64,000 nucleotides of DNA from NCBI GenBank assembly GCA_964203745.1, contig CAXNOC010000001.1:6430-70429 (forward strand), written 5' to 3'. Positions 9,636-19,821 of the stretch are shown piece by piece. A program made the position numbers and the translations under genes. The notes beneath the pieces were generated by a model. The model did no database searches and had not been told where the DNA came from. It saw nothing but the letters and a program-made list of their open reading frames with translations. Position 1 is the stretch's first letter. Each line of letters opens with the position of its first letter. The DNA comes from Candidatus Planktophila sp. (GTDB taxonomy: Bacteria; Actinomycetota; Actinomycetes; Nanopelagicales; Nanopelagicaceae).

Positions 9636-10067
9636 ATGTTTTTAGGTACCCACGAACCACGCCTTGATGAAAAGGGCCGTCTTATTCTTCCAGCAAAATT
9701 TCGAGATGAGTTGGCATCGGGACTTGTCATTACTAAAGGACAAGAGCGTTGTCTTTATGTTTTTCCTTCCAGTGAATTTGAAGTTATTACACAGACGCTA
9801 AAACAGGCGCCAGTCACTGCGAAATCAGCTCGTGACTACAGCCGTGTGATGTTTGCAGGTGCACACGATGAGATTCCTGATCGACAAGGTCGCATAACAA
9901 TTCCGCAAAGTCTTCGAACGTATGCAGGTCTTGAAAAAGATTGCGTTGTTATCGGAGCAAATACACGCGTTGAAATTTGGGATTCAATTTCGTGGAATGA
10001 ATATTTAACTGATCGTGAAAAGACTTTCGCTGATGTCTCAGAGGAGGTCTTTCCAGGACTGTTCTAA
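9636..10067 (+). CDS. mraZ: Division/cell wall cluster repressor MraZ
   Basis: [32 protein letters not shown] and RVEIWD. Confidence 0.97.
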   Translation: MFLGTHEPRLDEKGRLILPAKFRDELASGLVITKGQERCLYVFPSSEFEVITQTLKQAPVTAKSARDYSRVMFAGAHDEIPDRQGRITIPQSLRTYAGLEKDCVVIGANTRVEIWDSISWNEYLTDREKTFADVSEEVFPGLF

Positions 10068-10070
10068 ATA

Positions 10071-10174
10071 ACTCTCATCTGTGGCCACCGCCGACCCTTC
10101 GAACGTAACGGCGCCCCTTCCCCGGCGCCGCTACTAAATAGATCCGTCGGCCGGCGGTGACCAGAGATGAGAGT
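10071..10174 (+). ncRNA. mraW RNA motif (actinobacterial cis element)
   Basis: Outer stem ACTCTCATCT/AGATGAGAGT, inner CACCGCCG/CGGCGGTG, terminal hairpin CGGCGCC-CCTTCCCC-GGCGCCG with the hallmark CUUCCCC loop; lies between mraZ and rsmH. Confidence 0.85.
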
Positions 10175-10219
10175 CGCAATAGAAAAACCGATAGCAATTT
10201 AATTTCAAGTTAAGGGGGA

Positions 10220-11176
10220 GTGATGATCGATAACAACGTACATGTATCTGTAATGCTAAATCGATGCATTGATCTCCTTGCACCTGCAATTAATGCAAGT
10301 AAGAATCCAATTGTTGTTGATGCAACCCTTGGACTTGGTGGGCATACTGAGGCTCTACTCAAAAAGTTTCCAACGTTACAAGTTATTGGTATCGACCGTG
10401 ATTCTCAAGCTCTCGAAAGTGCATCGGCTAGATTAGCTCCTTTTGCAGATCGACTACTTACTAAGCATGCCACCTTTGACTCAATTGCCGATGTTGTTGC
10501 ATCATTTGGATACTCCCATATAACTGGCGCTCTATTTGATTTAGGCGTTTCTTCAATGCAACTCGATGAAGCTAGCCGAGGTTTCTCTTACTCTCATGAT
10601 GCTCCTTTAGATATGCGCATGGATCGCACGCAATCATTGACTGCCGCCGAAATTGTTAACACTTATGAGCCGGGCCAGTTGGTACGTATTTTGCGCACTT
10701 ACGGAGAAGAAAAGTTTGCAACACGGGTTGTTGAAGCGATTATTAAGGCAAGAAACATTGCACCTCTTAACTCGACAACTCAACTTGCAACACTCGTTAA
10801 GAATGCAATCCCTGCAGCGACTAGGCGCACCGGTGGTAACCCGGCCAAGCGCACATTTCAGGCTCTACGCATTGAGACAAACGATGAACTTGGCGCAATC
10901 ACAAGAGCTCTTCCATCTGCGCTCAAACTCCTTGAGGTTGGGGGGCGTTTAGTCGTTATGTCTTTTCAATCCCTTGAAGATCGAATTGTTAAAGAGCTCT
11001 TTGTTGCATCAACCACATCAGGGACGCCACGAGATCTTCCATTTGAACTTCCAGAATTTGCAGCCAAGTTCTCTCTAGTTGTTAAAGGAAGTGAGACTCC
11101 TGAGGCACAAGAGCTCGAGGAGAATTCCCGTTCGGCATCGGTTCGACTACGGGCAATCGAGAGGACGGCTGCATAA
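10220..11176 (+). CDS. rsmH: 16S rRNA m4C1402 methyltransferase RsmH (MraW)
   Basis: HVSVML, DATLGLGGH, DLGVSSMQLD, PLDMRMD and FQSLEDRIVK. The ATG at 10223 is an alternative start. Confidence 0.97.
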   Translation: MMIDNNVHVSVMLNRCIDLLAPAINASKNPIVVDATLGLGGHTEALLKKFPTLQVIGIDRDSQALESASARLAPFADRLLTKHATFDSIADVVASFGYSHITGALFDLGVSSMQLDEASRGFSYSHDAPLDMRMDRTQSLTAAEIVNTYEPGQLVRILRTYGEEKFATRVVEAIIKARNIAPLNSTTQLATLVKNAIPAATRRTGGNPAKRTFQALRIETNDELGAITRALPSALKLLEVGGRLVVMSFQSLEDRIVKELFVASTTSGTPRDLPFELPEFAAKFSLVVKGSETPEAQELEENSRSASVRLRAIERTAA

Positions 11177-11583
11177 TGGCGATGACAGCATTTGCACCAG
11201 CGATTACGCGCTCAAAGGAAATCCTTGCTGAAAAATCCGCACAAGTCGCGCTGAAACTGGTTCCCGATTTATCGGCTGGAAAACAGGCCAATCGTAAATT
11301 CTTCGCAACCTTTGTCTCAGCCGTCGGAATCGCTGGACTTCTTTTTCTACTTGTAATCAATACTCTACTTGCGCAGGATGCTTTTCAATTAACGCATCTA
11401 AAACTCGAAGCGAAGATGGTCAGCGATCAGCGTGAAGCGGTCGCACGTGCAATTGATGAGAAGTCCTCACCAGAGTCTCTTTCCCGTGCAGCCCAGGCTT
11501 TAGGAATGAAACCATCAGAGACGCCTACCTTCTTGAATTTAGATCAGCCATCTACAAATCAAAGCGGCCTCGGCAATGGGTAA
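11176..11583 (+). CDS. ftsL: Cell division protein FtsL-like
   Basis: Single TM plus coiled coil, SSPESLSRAAQALGM; lies between rsmH and ftsI. Confidence 0.75.
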   Translation: MAMTAFAPAITRSKEILAEKSAQVALKLVPDLSAGKQANRKFFATFVSAVGIAGLLFLLVINTLLAQDAFQLTHLKLEAKMVSDQREAVARAIDEKSSPESLSRAAQALGMKPSETPTFLNLDQPSTNQSGLGNG

Positions 11584-13375
11584 TTTTGCACTTGCTCATA
11601 ATCGCATTAGGTTTTTAATCCTTGTGATTGCAGTTGCAATGTTGCTTTTCACCGTTCGTTTAATACAAGTTCAGGCAGTTCAAGCAAGTGATTATCGATT
11701 ACGCGCCGTTAATGAGATGGAGAATACGCGCACGTTACCTGCCCCACGAGGCGCAATTACTGATGTCAATGGCGTTGCTTTTGCTCGAAGTGTGGCCGCT
11801 ACAAGCATTGTTGTCGATCAAACTCAAATAACAAATCCAGCTCGCGTTGCAAACTTTGTAGCACCGATTCTAGGTTTAACTGTTTCAGAGGTTACTGCGA
11901 GCATTACAGGCAAACGCAAGTGGAACATGGTCTACCAAAATGCAAAGCCGGCAACGTGGCAAAAACTCAGCGCCGCAATGGCGACATTTAATGCACAGTT
12001 TCCAGGAATGAGTCCAGATCGCATCATTGGTTTCTTCCCGGAACGCGGCTATATACGTGAGTATCCATCGGGCTCTCTCATCGCATCCCTAGTTGGCTTC
12101 GTCAACCACGATGGAAAAGGCGCTACTGGACTTGAATCGAGCATGAATTCATCTATTGCTGGCGTCGATGGAAAATATTCATATGCCAATGGTTATGGCG
12201 CTGAAATTCCGGGTTCGCAGTCAGAGATTATTCCGGCCCAAGTTGGAACGAGCGTTCGGCTCACTATTGATCGGGATATTCAATGGGTGGCATCGAAAGC
12301 GATCTCCGATGTAGTCAAAGCATCTGGCGCAATTAGCGGCACGGTAATTGTGATGGATCCAAAGACGGGTGAGATTTTAGCCCACGCAACTGCACCAACT
12401 TTCGATCCAAACCACACTTCAAAAGTCTCGCTTGTCGCAATGCGAAATCCATCGGTGCAGGATGTTTACGAGCCGGGCTCGACAGGAAAAGTCATGACTA
12501 TTGCCGCGGCGATTGAAGAGAAGAAAATCACTCCCGAGACTGTCTTTACAATTCCATATGCACTCAAGCGCTCAACTAAAACATTCCATGACCATGAAAG
12601 GCATCCACCGGAGCGCTTAACAGCTTCAGGTGTTTTAGCGGTATCGAGTAATACCGGTGCTATTCAAATTGGAGAGCTTTTATCTCACGATGTTTTATAT
12701 AACTATCTTTCAAAGTTTGGAGTTGGCAGTAAGACCGGTTCGGGTTTACCTGGTGAATCACGAGGGATCTTGCCAAAGGTTGCAGATTGGTCAGGCACTA
12801 CTGCGCCCACAGTGGCTTTTGGCCAGGGGTATTCACTGACGGCGATGCAGGCAACGAGTATTTTTGCAACGATCGCTAATAATGGCGTTCGCGTTTCGCC
12901 AACGGTTATCGCCGGAACAAGTGATTCAAGCGGAAACTTCACGCCAGCTGCAGGTAGGACTAGTGAGCGCGTTGTTAGCGTTCAAACAGCTCAAGCTATG
13001 CGCATCATGATGGAGAGTGTTGTATCGGCATCAGGCACTGCGCCGAGTGCGGCTATTACTGGCTATCGAGTCGCAGGTAAAACTGGGACAGCAATGCGCA
13101 TCGATGACACGTGTGGTTGTTACCGCGGCTACACCGCTTCCTTTATCGGCTTTGCACCAGCCGATAATCCTGCATATGTCATCAGCGTGACTATTCAAGA
13201 TCCCAAAGGTCTGCACTATGGAGGCTCATTGGGCGGACCTGTATTTAAGAAAGTAATGTCTTTTGTTTTGCAGAGTCGCCACATTCCACCGACTGGCACC
13301 ACGATTATTCCTGTTGCACTTAACGAAAAACAGCTATTAATAAAGAGGGCGGCAGATGCAAAGACCAATAGCTAA
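11576..13375 (+). CDS. ftsI: Class B penicillin-binding protein FtsI/PBP3
   Basis: RGAITD, EPGSTGK (SxxK), SSN (SxN) and GKTGT. Confidence 0.95.
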   Translation: MGNFALAHNRIRFLILVIAVAMLLFTVRLIQVQAVQASDYRLRAVNEMENTRTLPAPRGAITDVNGVAFARSVAATSIVVDQTQITNPARVANFVAPILGLTVSEVTASITGKRKWNMVYQNAKPATWQKLSAAMATFNAQFPGMSPDRIIGFFPERGYIREYPSGSLIASLVGFVNHDGKGATGLESSMNSSIAGVDGKYSYANGYGAEIPGSQSEIIPAQVGTSVRLTIDRDIQWVASKAISDVVKASGAISGTVIVMDPKTGEILAHATAPTFDPNHTSKVSLVAMRNPSVQDVYEPGSTGKVMTIAAAIEEKKITPETVFTIPYALKRSTKTFHDHERHPPERLTASGVLAVSSNTGAIQIGELLSHDVLYNYLSKFGVGSKTGSGLPGESRGILPKVADWSGTTAPTVAFGQGYSLTAMQATSIFATIANNGVRVSPTVIAGTSDSSGNFTPAAGRTSERVVSVQTAQAMRIMMESVVSASGTAPSAAITGYRVAGKTGTAMRIDDTCGCYRGYTASFIGFAPADNPAYVISVTIQDPKGLHYGGSLGGPVFKKVMSFVLQSRHIPPTGTTIIPVALNEKQLLIKRAADAKTNS

Positions 13376-14843
13376 TCCAAGTAAAAAACTCACCGCGATT
13401 TCAACAATGGTGAGTGCCGTGTGCGAATCAAAGATTGATGGGATCGAAGTCACGGGCATTTCCCAGTCAAGTAGTGAAGTGATTGAGGGCGACTTATTTA
13501 TCGCATTGCCAGGGGAAAAATTCCACGGTGCCACATTTGCAAATGACGCAATCGCAAAAGGCGCTGTGGCGGTATTAACCGATGTCGCCGGCGCCACCAT
13601 GATTGCTGGAGTTCCAGTTTTAACTGTAGATAATCCACGGCGCGCGGCAGGGATAGTAAGTGCATGGTTTTACTCTGAACCAATGCGTGATCTATATAGC
13701 GTCGGTGTAACAGGAACCAATGGCAAAACCACCGTTACAACGATTTTGCATCAGATTATGCAGGCGGCCGGGCGCGAGAGCGGGCTCATAGGAACTGTTG
13801 AAACACGGATAGGCAGTGAAGTTCTCAGCAGCAAGCGAACAACTCCTGAAAGCTCGGATTTGCAAGCACTTTCTGCAACCATGAGAGAGCGACACATGCG
13901 CAACTTAGTGATGGAAGTTTCAAGTCACGCAATAACTTTAGAGAGAATTCGTGGCAGTCACTTCGCAGTTGTTGGATTCACAAATCTCTCTCAAGATCAC
14001 TTGGATTTCCATAAATCGATGGAGGAGTATTTCCTCGCTAAATCAAAATTGTTCACTTATGAATATGCAGATTTGGCTGTCATTAATATCGATGATGCTT
14101 TTGGTGCGCGCCTCGCGACAATGACAGAGCTTCCAGTTGTTACTTTGTCCCGCACAGACACCAAAGCGAATTGGCACTTTGCATCGATTACTCGCGACTA
14201 CATCGGCGCATCAGTTGCAATTCGCGGTAGTGGTGGGATTCTGATTGAGGGCAAAACCATTTTGCATGGTGGGTTTAATTATGACAATCTTTTAATGGCC
14301 ATTGCGATCGCTACCGAGAGCGGTGTTGACCCAATAGATATTGCAGCGATAATGCCTACGCTTACTGGAGCGGCAGGTCGCCTGGAGTCGGTCCGTCTGG
14401 GTCAGAACTTCACAGCCCTTGTTGACTATGCCCACTCACCTGACGCCGTTGCGAGAGTTTTAGAGACTGCACATGAGATTTCGAACGGCAGCGTCATTGC
14501 AGTATTGGGCTGTGGCGGCGATAGAGATTCCTCCAAACGCACACTCATGGGGAAAGCGCTTCGAGATGGGGCCGATATTGCAATCTATACGAGCGATAAT
14601 CCACGAAGTGAAAAACCAGAGGATATTCTGGTGCAAATGGTTTTAGATATAGATGTCCATGCTCCCAATGAAGTAATAGTCGACCGTGCTCAAGCGATAA
14701 GAGCTGCAGTGAATCACGCACAAGAGGGTGACTTAGTCATTGTTTTAGGTAAGGGCCATGAAAAGGGTCAGGAGATTTCTGGTGAGATTCATTCATTTGA
14801 TGATCGAATCGAACTCGCCCGAGCGATTGAAAATAAGAAGTGA
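13356..14843 (+). CDS. murE: UDP-MurNAc-tripeptide synthetase (DAP-type DNPR motif)
   Basis: GVTGTNGKTT, TTPE, MEVSSH, DHLDFH, DYAHSPD, SDNPRSE and GKGHE. Confidence 0.96.
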   Translation: MQRPIANPSKKLTAISTMVSAVCESKIDGIEVTGISQSSSEVIEGDLFIALPGEKFHGATFANDAIAKGAVAVLTDVAGATMIAGVPVLTVDNPRRAAGIVSAWFYSEPMRDLYSVGVTGTNGKTTVTTILHQIMQAAGRESGLIGTVETRIGSEVLSSKRTTPESSDLQALSATMRERHMRNLVMEVSSHAITLERIRGSHFAVVGFTNLSQDHLDFHKSMEEYFLAKSKLFTYEYADLAVINIDDAFGARLATMTELPVVTLSRTDTKANWHFASITRDYIGASVAIRGSGGILIEGKTILHGGFNYDNLLMAIAIATESGVDPIDIAAIMPTLTGAAGRLESVRLGQNFTALVDYAHSPDAVARVLETAHEISNGSVIAVLGCGGDRDSSKRTLMGKALRDGADIAIYTSDNPRSEKPEDILVQMVLDIDVHAPNEVIVDRAQAIRAAVNHAQEGDLVIVLGKGHEKGQEISGEIHSFDDRIELARAIENKK

Positions 14844-16216
14844 TTACCTTAACTGCCGGTGAAATCGCCCTTCTTGTTGGGGGAGAGCTTCATTGCGATC
14901 CCGACCTGCTCATTTTTAAAGCTCCAGTCTTTGACTCGCGTTTAGCTGTTCCAGGTACTTTCTTTTTAGCTCTCGAAGGCCAGGCCCGCGACGGCCATGA
15001 TTACGTAGCAGAGGCTTATAGATTGGGTTCAGTTTTCTCATTAACCACTCGCACGATTGATGGGCCATGCATAGTTGTTAAAGATGTAATTGCTGCGCTC
15101 TCAATTGTGGCTGCTTTCATTCGTACACGTTTAAATAATCTAACAGTCATAGGCATAACTGGCTCACAAGGCAAGACGAGCACGAAGGATTTACTTGCCC
15201 ATATGTTGGCTGCAGTTGGTCCAACCGTAGCGCCTTCCGGCTCTTTCAATAATGATTTGGGTCTACCTTTAACTCTGCTCGAGTGTGATGAACGCACCCG
15301 ATTTTGTATTCTTGAAATGGGTGCACGGAATAAAGGGGACATCGCACGTTTGTGCGAGATAGCAAAGCCCACTATTGGAGTTGTGCTCTCTGTCGGTACT
15401 GCACATATTGGTGAATTCGGTTCGCAGCAAGCAATCGCTGAAACAAAGGGTGAACTTATTGCATCCCTTGGAGAAAATGGCATTGCAATTCTTGGAACTT
15501 ACGACGAATTCACTCCAGCAATGGCAAAGCTACACACTGGAACAGTTCTTACATTTGGCGAAAGAAGTGATGTAGATGTTCGGGCTGCCGATATTGATAT
15601 TCGTGAAGGACGGGCCCACTTTGATTTAGTTACACGCGATGGGCGCGATGCAGTAGGTCTTCGCTCGGTAGGGGCCCATCAAGTTTCTAATGCTCTTGCC
15701 GTCGCCGCTGTTGGAACTGCTTTAGCGCTGCCGATTGAACTTATTGCAAGCTCTCTTTCAACTTCTGCGATCGCAAGTAAGTGGCGCATGGAGCTCCATG
15801 AGGTCGAAGAGTTACTCATCATCAACGATTCGTATAACGCTAATCCAGCTTCAATGAGCGCAGCCCTTCATAGCCTTGCCCTTTTTGCACAGGAAAGAGG
15901 GGGCCAATCCTGGGCCTTTATAGGAAAAATGCATGAACTCGGCGAGTCAGGAGCCACGGCTAGTGCAGATATTGGCAACCTTGCCTCTGATATCGGAATT
16001 GATCACTTAGTAATTGTCAATGCACCTGAGTATGGATCTGGAGTCGGCGCTATGCAGTCCCACCACGTTGCCTCGATAGAAGATGCCGCCACTTTTGTTT
16101 CTTATTTTGCACCTGGAGATGTCGTGCTTGTGAAGGCATCACGAGCCGAGAGATTTGAAATTCTCGCAGATGAGATCCGGGCGCGATGGTTAAGCAGAGA
16201 TGACATGAACAAATGA
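14840..16216 (+). CDS. murF: UDP-MurNAc-pentapeptide synthetase
   Basis: ITGSQGKTSTKD, SFNNDLGLPLT, LEMG, DSYNANP and VKASR. Confidence 0.96.
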   Translation: MITLTAGEIALLVGGELHCDPDLLIFKAPVFDSRLAVPGTFFLALEGQARDGHDYVAEAYRLGSVFSLTTRTIDGPCIVVKDVIAALSIVAAFIRTRLNNLTVIGITGSQGKTSTKDLLAHMLAAVGPTVAPSGSFNNDLGLPLTLLECDERTRFCILEMGARNKGDIARLCEIAKPTIGVVLSVGTAHIGEFGSQQAIAETKGELIASLGENGIAILGTYDEFTPAMAKLHTGTVLTFGERSDVDVRAADIDIREGRAHFDLVTRDGRDAVGLRSVGAHQVSNALAVAAVGTALALPIELIASSLSTSAIASKWRMELHEVEELLIINDSYNANPASMSAALHSLALFAQERGGQSWAFIGKMHELGESGATASADIGNLASDIGIDHLVIVNAPEYGSGVGAMQSHHVASIEDAATFVSYFAPGDVVLVKASRAERFEILADEIRARWLSRDDMNK

Positions 16217-17271
16217 GACAAATTCTAATAGCCGGCGCTATCGCACTTATTTTTTCACTCTTTGGCACACGAGGACTCATAAAGATTCTTGCTACTCGCG
16301 GATATGGACAGATTATTCGAGATGATGGCCCAAGTACTCACCATATAAAACGCGGAACCCCGACTATGGGTGGCGTCATACTTATCGCAGCTGCAGTAAT
16401 TGGTTACTTGAGCGCTCACGTATTAACTCAAAACGCTTTAACGGTTTCAGCAATTCTAGTTCTTGGTTTAGTACTGGCACTTGGATCACTCGGCTTTATC
16501 GATGATTGGTTAAAGGTCTCGCGGCAAAAATCGTTGGGGCTAACAGGCAAGCAAAAACTCTTTGGCCAGGCGGCAATTGCTACCGTTTTCGGAACGTTGG
16601 GAATTAGATTTGCCGATTCGACCGGATTAACCCCTATCTCTTATTATCTATCTGGCGTTCGCGAAACAATGATTTATCTTGGACCAGTGATTGCAATTGC
16701 TTGGGTTGTACTCATGGTGATGTCTGCTAGTAATGGTGTCAATCTTGCCGATGGTCTTGATGGACTTGCGACAGGTGCCTCGGTAATGGTTTTTCTCTCC
16801 TTCATTTTGATTGGCGTATGGGAGTTTGGTCAAGGCTGTGCGATTAACTCTGGGCTGGGTTGTTATCAAGTCAGAGATCCCTTGGATTTAGCGGTGTTGG
16901 CCGCGGCCTTTGCCGGTTCGTGCACTGGTTTTCTTTGGTGGAATGCCGCGCCAGCAAAGATTTTTATGGGAGACACGGGCTCCCTTGCACTTGGGGGAGC
17001 ACTTGCTGGATTGGCTGCAACGTTGCGTGTCGAGCTTTTGCTTATTCCTCTTGGTGGACTTTTCGTAATTATTACGATGTCAGTCGTCATTCAAACCCTT
17101 TACTTTAAATTAAGCGGCGGCAAGCGCGTATTTAAAATGGCACCGCTTCAGCATCATTTCGAACTATTGGGTTGGGGCGAAGTTACTATCGTGATTCGCT
17201 TCTGGATTATTGCCGGACTCTCGGTTGCCCTTGGCCTAGGTCTGTTTTATGCCCAGTGGGTAGTCAAGTAA
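16213..17271 (+). CDS. mraY: Phospho-MurNAc-pentapeptide transferase
   Basis: KRGTPTMGG, GFIDD, NGVNLADGLDGL, FMGDTGS and MAPLQHHFE. Confidence 0.97.
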   Translation: MRQILIAGAIALIFSLFGTRGLIKILATRGYGQIIRDDGPSTHHIKRGTPTMGGVILIAAAVIGYLSAHVLTQNALTVSAILVLGLVLALGSLGFIDDWLKVSRQKSLGLTGKQKLFGQAAIATVFGTLGIRFADSTGLTPISYYLSGVRETMIYLGPVIAIAWVVLMVMSASNGVNLADGLDGLATGASVMVFLSFILIGVWEFGQGCAINSGLGCYQVRDPLDLAVLAAAFAGSCTGFLWWNAAPAKIFMGDTGSLALGGALAGLAATLRVELLLIPLGGLFVIITMSVVIQTLYFKLSGGKRVFKMAPLQHHFELLGWGEVTIVIRFWIIAGLSVALGLGLFYAQWVVK

Positions 17272-17276
17272 CGTCG

Positions 17277-18662
17277 ATGTCTCTTAATTTTCAGGGCCAG
17301 AAAATACTTATCGCAGGAGGTGGCGTTACTGGCGCTTCAATCGCAACATTTCTTAGTTCGCGAGGGGCAGAAGTTGTAATTGCAGATGAAGATATAAAAC
17401 TTCTCAGTAAATTTCCAATTCTTAGACCCGAGACCGTAGTTGTTAAGGACTTCTCTGCAGTAGTTGTCTCGCCTGGTTGGAATGAGGACCATCTCTTGGT
17501 GCGCGAGGCGAAGAGTGCAGGGATAGAGATATTGAATGAGATTGATATTGCCTGGAACTTGGCTCAAGAAATCGCTCCACATCAAAAGTGGTTGGCATTA
17601 ACCGGAACTAATGGAAAGACCACAACGGTTGAAATGGCCGCAGCAATGCTCCAGCGCGCTGGATTGAAGGCGATTGCCTGCGGCAATGTCGGTGACACTG
17701 TTATAGATGCCGTTAGCAACAAAGAAGGATTTGATTACCTGGTTCTCGAACTCTCCTCTTTTCAACTTCACTGGTTGCGTAAGGCGAGCTTTGTTAGCGT
17801 GGCCATCCTTAATATCGCGCAGGATCACATGGATTGGCATGGCAGCTTCGATGCATATTGCCAAGCGAAGTTGTCGCTATTAGATCACACTGAAACTGCC
17901 ATCGTTAATGGAGAAGATGAAGCAATTCTTCAAGGGGTCAGCAGATGGGATGGACGCAAGGTATTTTTCTCACTTAACACTCCTGGACCAGGAGAACTCG
18001 GTGTAGTTGAAAATTTATTGATTGACCGCGCTTTCGTAAGCGACCCTCAAGAGGCATCGATGATCGCCGAAATACAAGATATTCAACCCACTCTTCCGCA
18101 CAGCGTCTCAAATGCATTAGCTGCAGCAGGCCTTGCAAGGAGCGTAGGTGTTTCCTATGCAGACATTCAAAGCGCGCTCATTGATTTTCATCCTGGTCGC
18201 CATCGGATTGAACTTGTTCTTAGCGCAGGTGGAGTTTCATGGATTAACGACTCAAAGGCAACAAATCCTCATGCAGCACAGGCTTCGATTCTCTCGCATC
18301 TGTCGGTGGTTTGGATCGCTGGTGGTCTGGCTAAAGGCGCCGATATGAATGCATTAGTTGAACGAACCAAGGATCGAATCAAAGCTGTAATACTCATTGG
18401 TGAAGATCGCGATTTAATCGAAGAAGCTTTCAAACGATTTGCTCCCAAAACCCCATTAATTAGAGTAAATACCAACTCTGTTAAGGGTGAAGTTTCAAAT
18501 GATCTAATGGAGAAGGTGGTTGAAGCTGCACGTGAAATAGCAGTACCAGGAGACACAGTATTAATGGCCCCGGCATGTGCTTCCATGGATCAATTTATTT
18601 CATATGCCGACCGGGGAGATAGATTTTCGACTGCTGTCAGAAAATTGGTGGCAGATGAATAA
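17277..18662 (+). CDS. murD: UDP-MurNAc-L-Ala--D-Glu ligase
   Basis: VSPG, TGTNGKTT, ELSSFQL, DHMDWH, NDSKATN and PACASMDQF. Start reset to the ATG at 17277, after the mraY stop. Confidence 0.95.
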   Translation: MSLNFQGQKILIAGGGVTGASIATFLSSRGAEVVIADEDIKLLSKFPILRPETVVVKDFSAVVVSPGWNEDHLLVREAKSAGIEILNEIDIAWNLAQEIAPHQKWLALTGTNGKTTTVEMAAAMLQRAGLKAIACGNVGDTVIDAVSNKEGFDYLVLELSSFQLHWLRKASFVSVAILNIAQDHMDWHGSFDAYCQAKLSLLDHTETAIVNGEDEAILQGVSRWDGRKVFFSLNTPGPGELGVVENLLIDRAFVSDPQEASMIAEIQDIQPTLPHSVSNALAAAGLARSVGVSYADIQSALIDFHPGRHRIELVLSAGGVSWINDSKATNPHAAQASILSHLSVVWIAGGLAKGADMNALVERTKDRIKAVILIGEDRDLIEEAFKRFAPKTPLIRVNTNSVKGEVSNDLMEKVVEAAREIAVPGDTVLMAPACASMDQFISYADRGDRFSTAVRKLVADE

Positions 18663-19821
18663 TAAAGCTCGCGGGAACTTCTTTGCAAAGCCAATCAATC
18701 TTTACTACATGCTCATAGGAAGTACTTTGAGTTTAAGTATTCTCGGTGTGATTATGGTCTTTTCTGCCTCTTCGATTCACTCTTTAGAATCAAAGGGATC
18801 AACGTATGCCATTGTTTTGCGACAAATAGTCTTCCTGGTTCTCTCAATACCTATGGCCTGGGTCTTGTCGAGATTCTCCCTTGCGCGTTGGAAGGTAATC
18901 GCTCGCGCTGGAGTAGTTATTTCAGTTGCATTACTAGCAGTAGTGCAGGTCATCGGTAAAAGCGTTAATGGAAATCACAATTGGATCAGCCTTGGTTTTG
19001 TTGATGTTCAACCAAGTGAGATTGCAAAGTTTCTAATGATTTTATGGGCTGGTTTTATATTAGCTAAACGAGAGAGGACCGGCTCCGTTCAAACTAACGT
19101 CATTACCTTGATTGCACCGGCATTTGCACTATGCATACTTCTTATTCTGTTGGGTAAGGATTTAGGGTCGGCTTCGGTCTTTGCTTTCATTTTGGCCGGA
19201 CTTCTATGGGTCTCTGGCGTTCGTCTGGGGATATTTGCAGGTCTGCTCACATTCGGATTTGCTGGAATCGCAGCGCTCGTCGTTTCAGCGCCATATCGAA
19301 TGCAGCGCTTTGTTGTGCTTCTAAATCCATTCGCAGATGGACAGTATAAAAATACAGGCTGGCAACCGGCACATAGTTTGTTGGGTCTGGCTAGTGGGGG
19401 ATTATTCGGAGTTGGCCTTGGCGCCAGCCGTCAAAAGTGGGGGAACTTAGCCGAAGCTCATACAGATTTTATTTTCGCGGTTATTGGCGAAGAGCTTGGC
19501 TTGTTCGGTACGATTTCGACGATTGCACTGCTTAGTATTCTTTTGTTTTCTATCTTTAAAATCGCTCTTCGAGCTAAGGATCCAATGGTTCGCTATGTAT
19601 GCTCTGGCATTGGTTGTTGGATAGCGATTCAAACAATTCTCAATATCGGTTCCACTCTCAACGTGTTACCAGTAGTAGGGGTTACGTTGCCGCTGGTCTC
19701 TTACGGAGGCTCTGCCTTGATTGCAACGTACATGGGAATTGGCTTTGTTATAGGTGCAGCGCGACGCGATCCAGCGATTTTTGAAGAGTTAAGAAAGAGT
19801 GAGTACGTATGGCTTCGATAG
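18655..19821 (+). CDS. ftsW: Peptidoglycan glycosyltransferase FtsW
   Basis: MVFSAS, QPSEIAK, EAHTDFIFAVIGEELG and GVTLPLVSYGGS. Start reset to the ATG at 18655. Confidence 0.95.
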   Translation: MNNKARGNFFAKPINLYYMLIGSTLSLSILGVIMVFSASSIHSLESKGSTYAIVLRQIVFLVLSIPMAWVLSRFSLARWKVIARAGVVISVALLAVVQVIGKSVNGNHNWISLGFVDVQPSEIAKFLMILWAGFILAKRERTGSVQTNVITLIAPAFALCILLILLGKDLGSASVFAFILAGLLWVSGVRLGIFAGLLTFGFAGIAALVVSAPYRMQRFVVLLNPFADGQYKNTGWQPAHSLLGLASGGLFGVGLGASRQKWGNLAEAHTDFIFAVIGEELGLFGTISTIALLSILLFSIFKIALRAKDPMVRYVCSGIGCWIAIQTILNIGSTLNVLPVVGVTLPLVSYGGSALIATYMGIGFVIGAARRDPAIFEELRKSEYVWLR

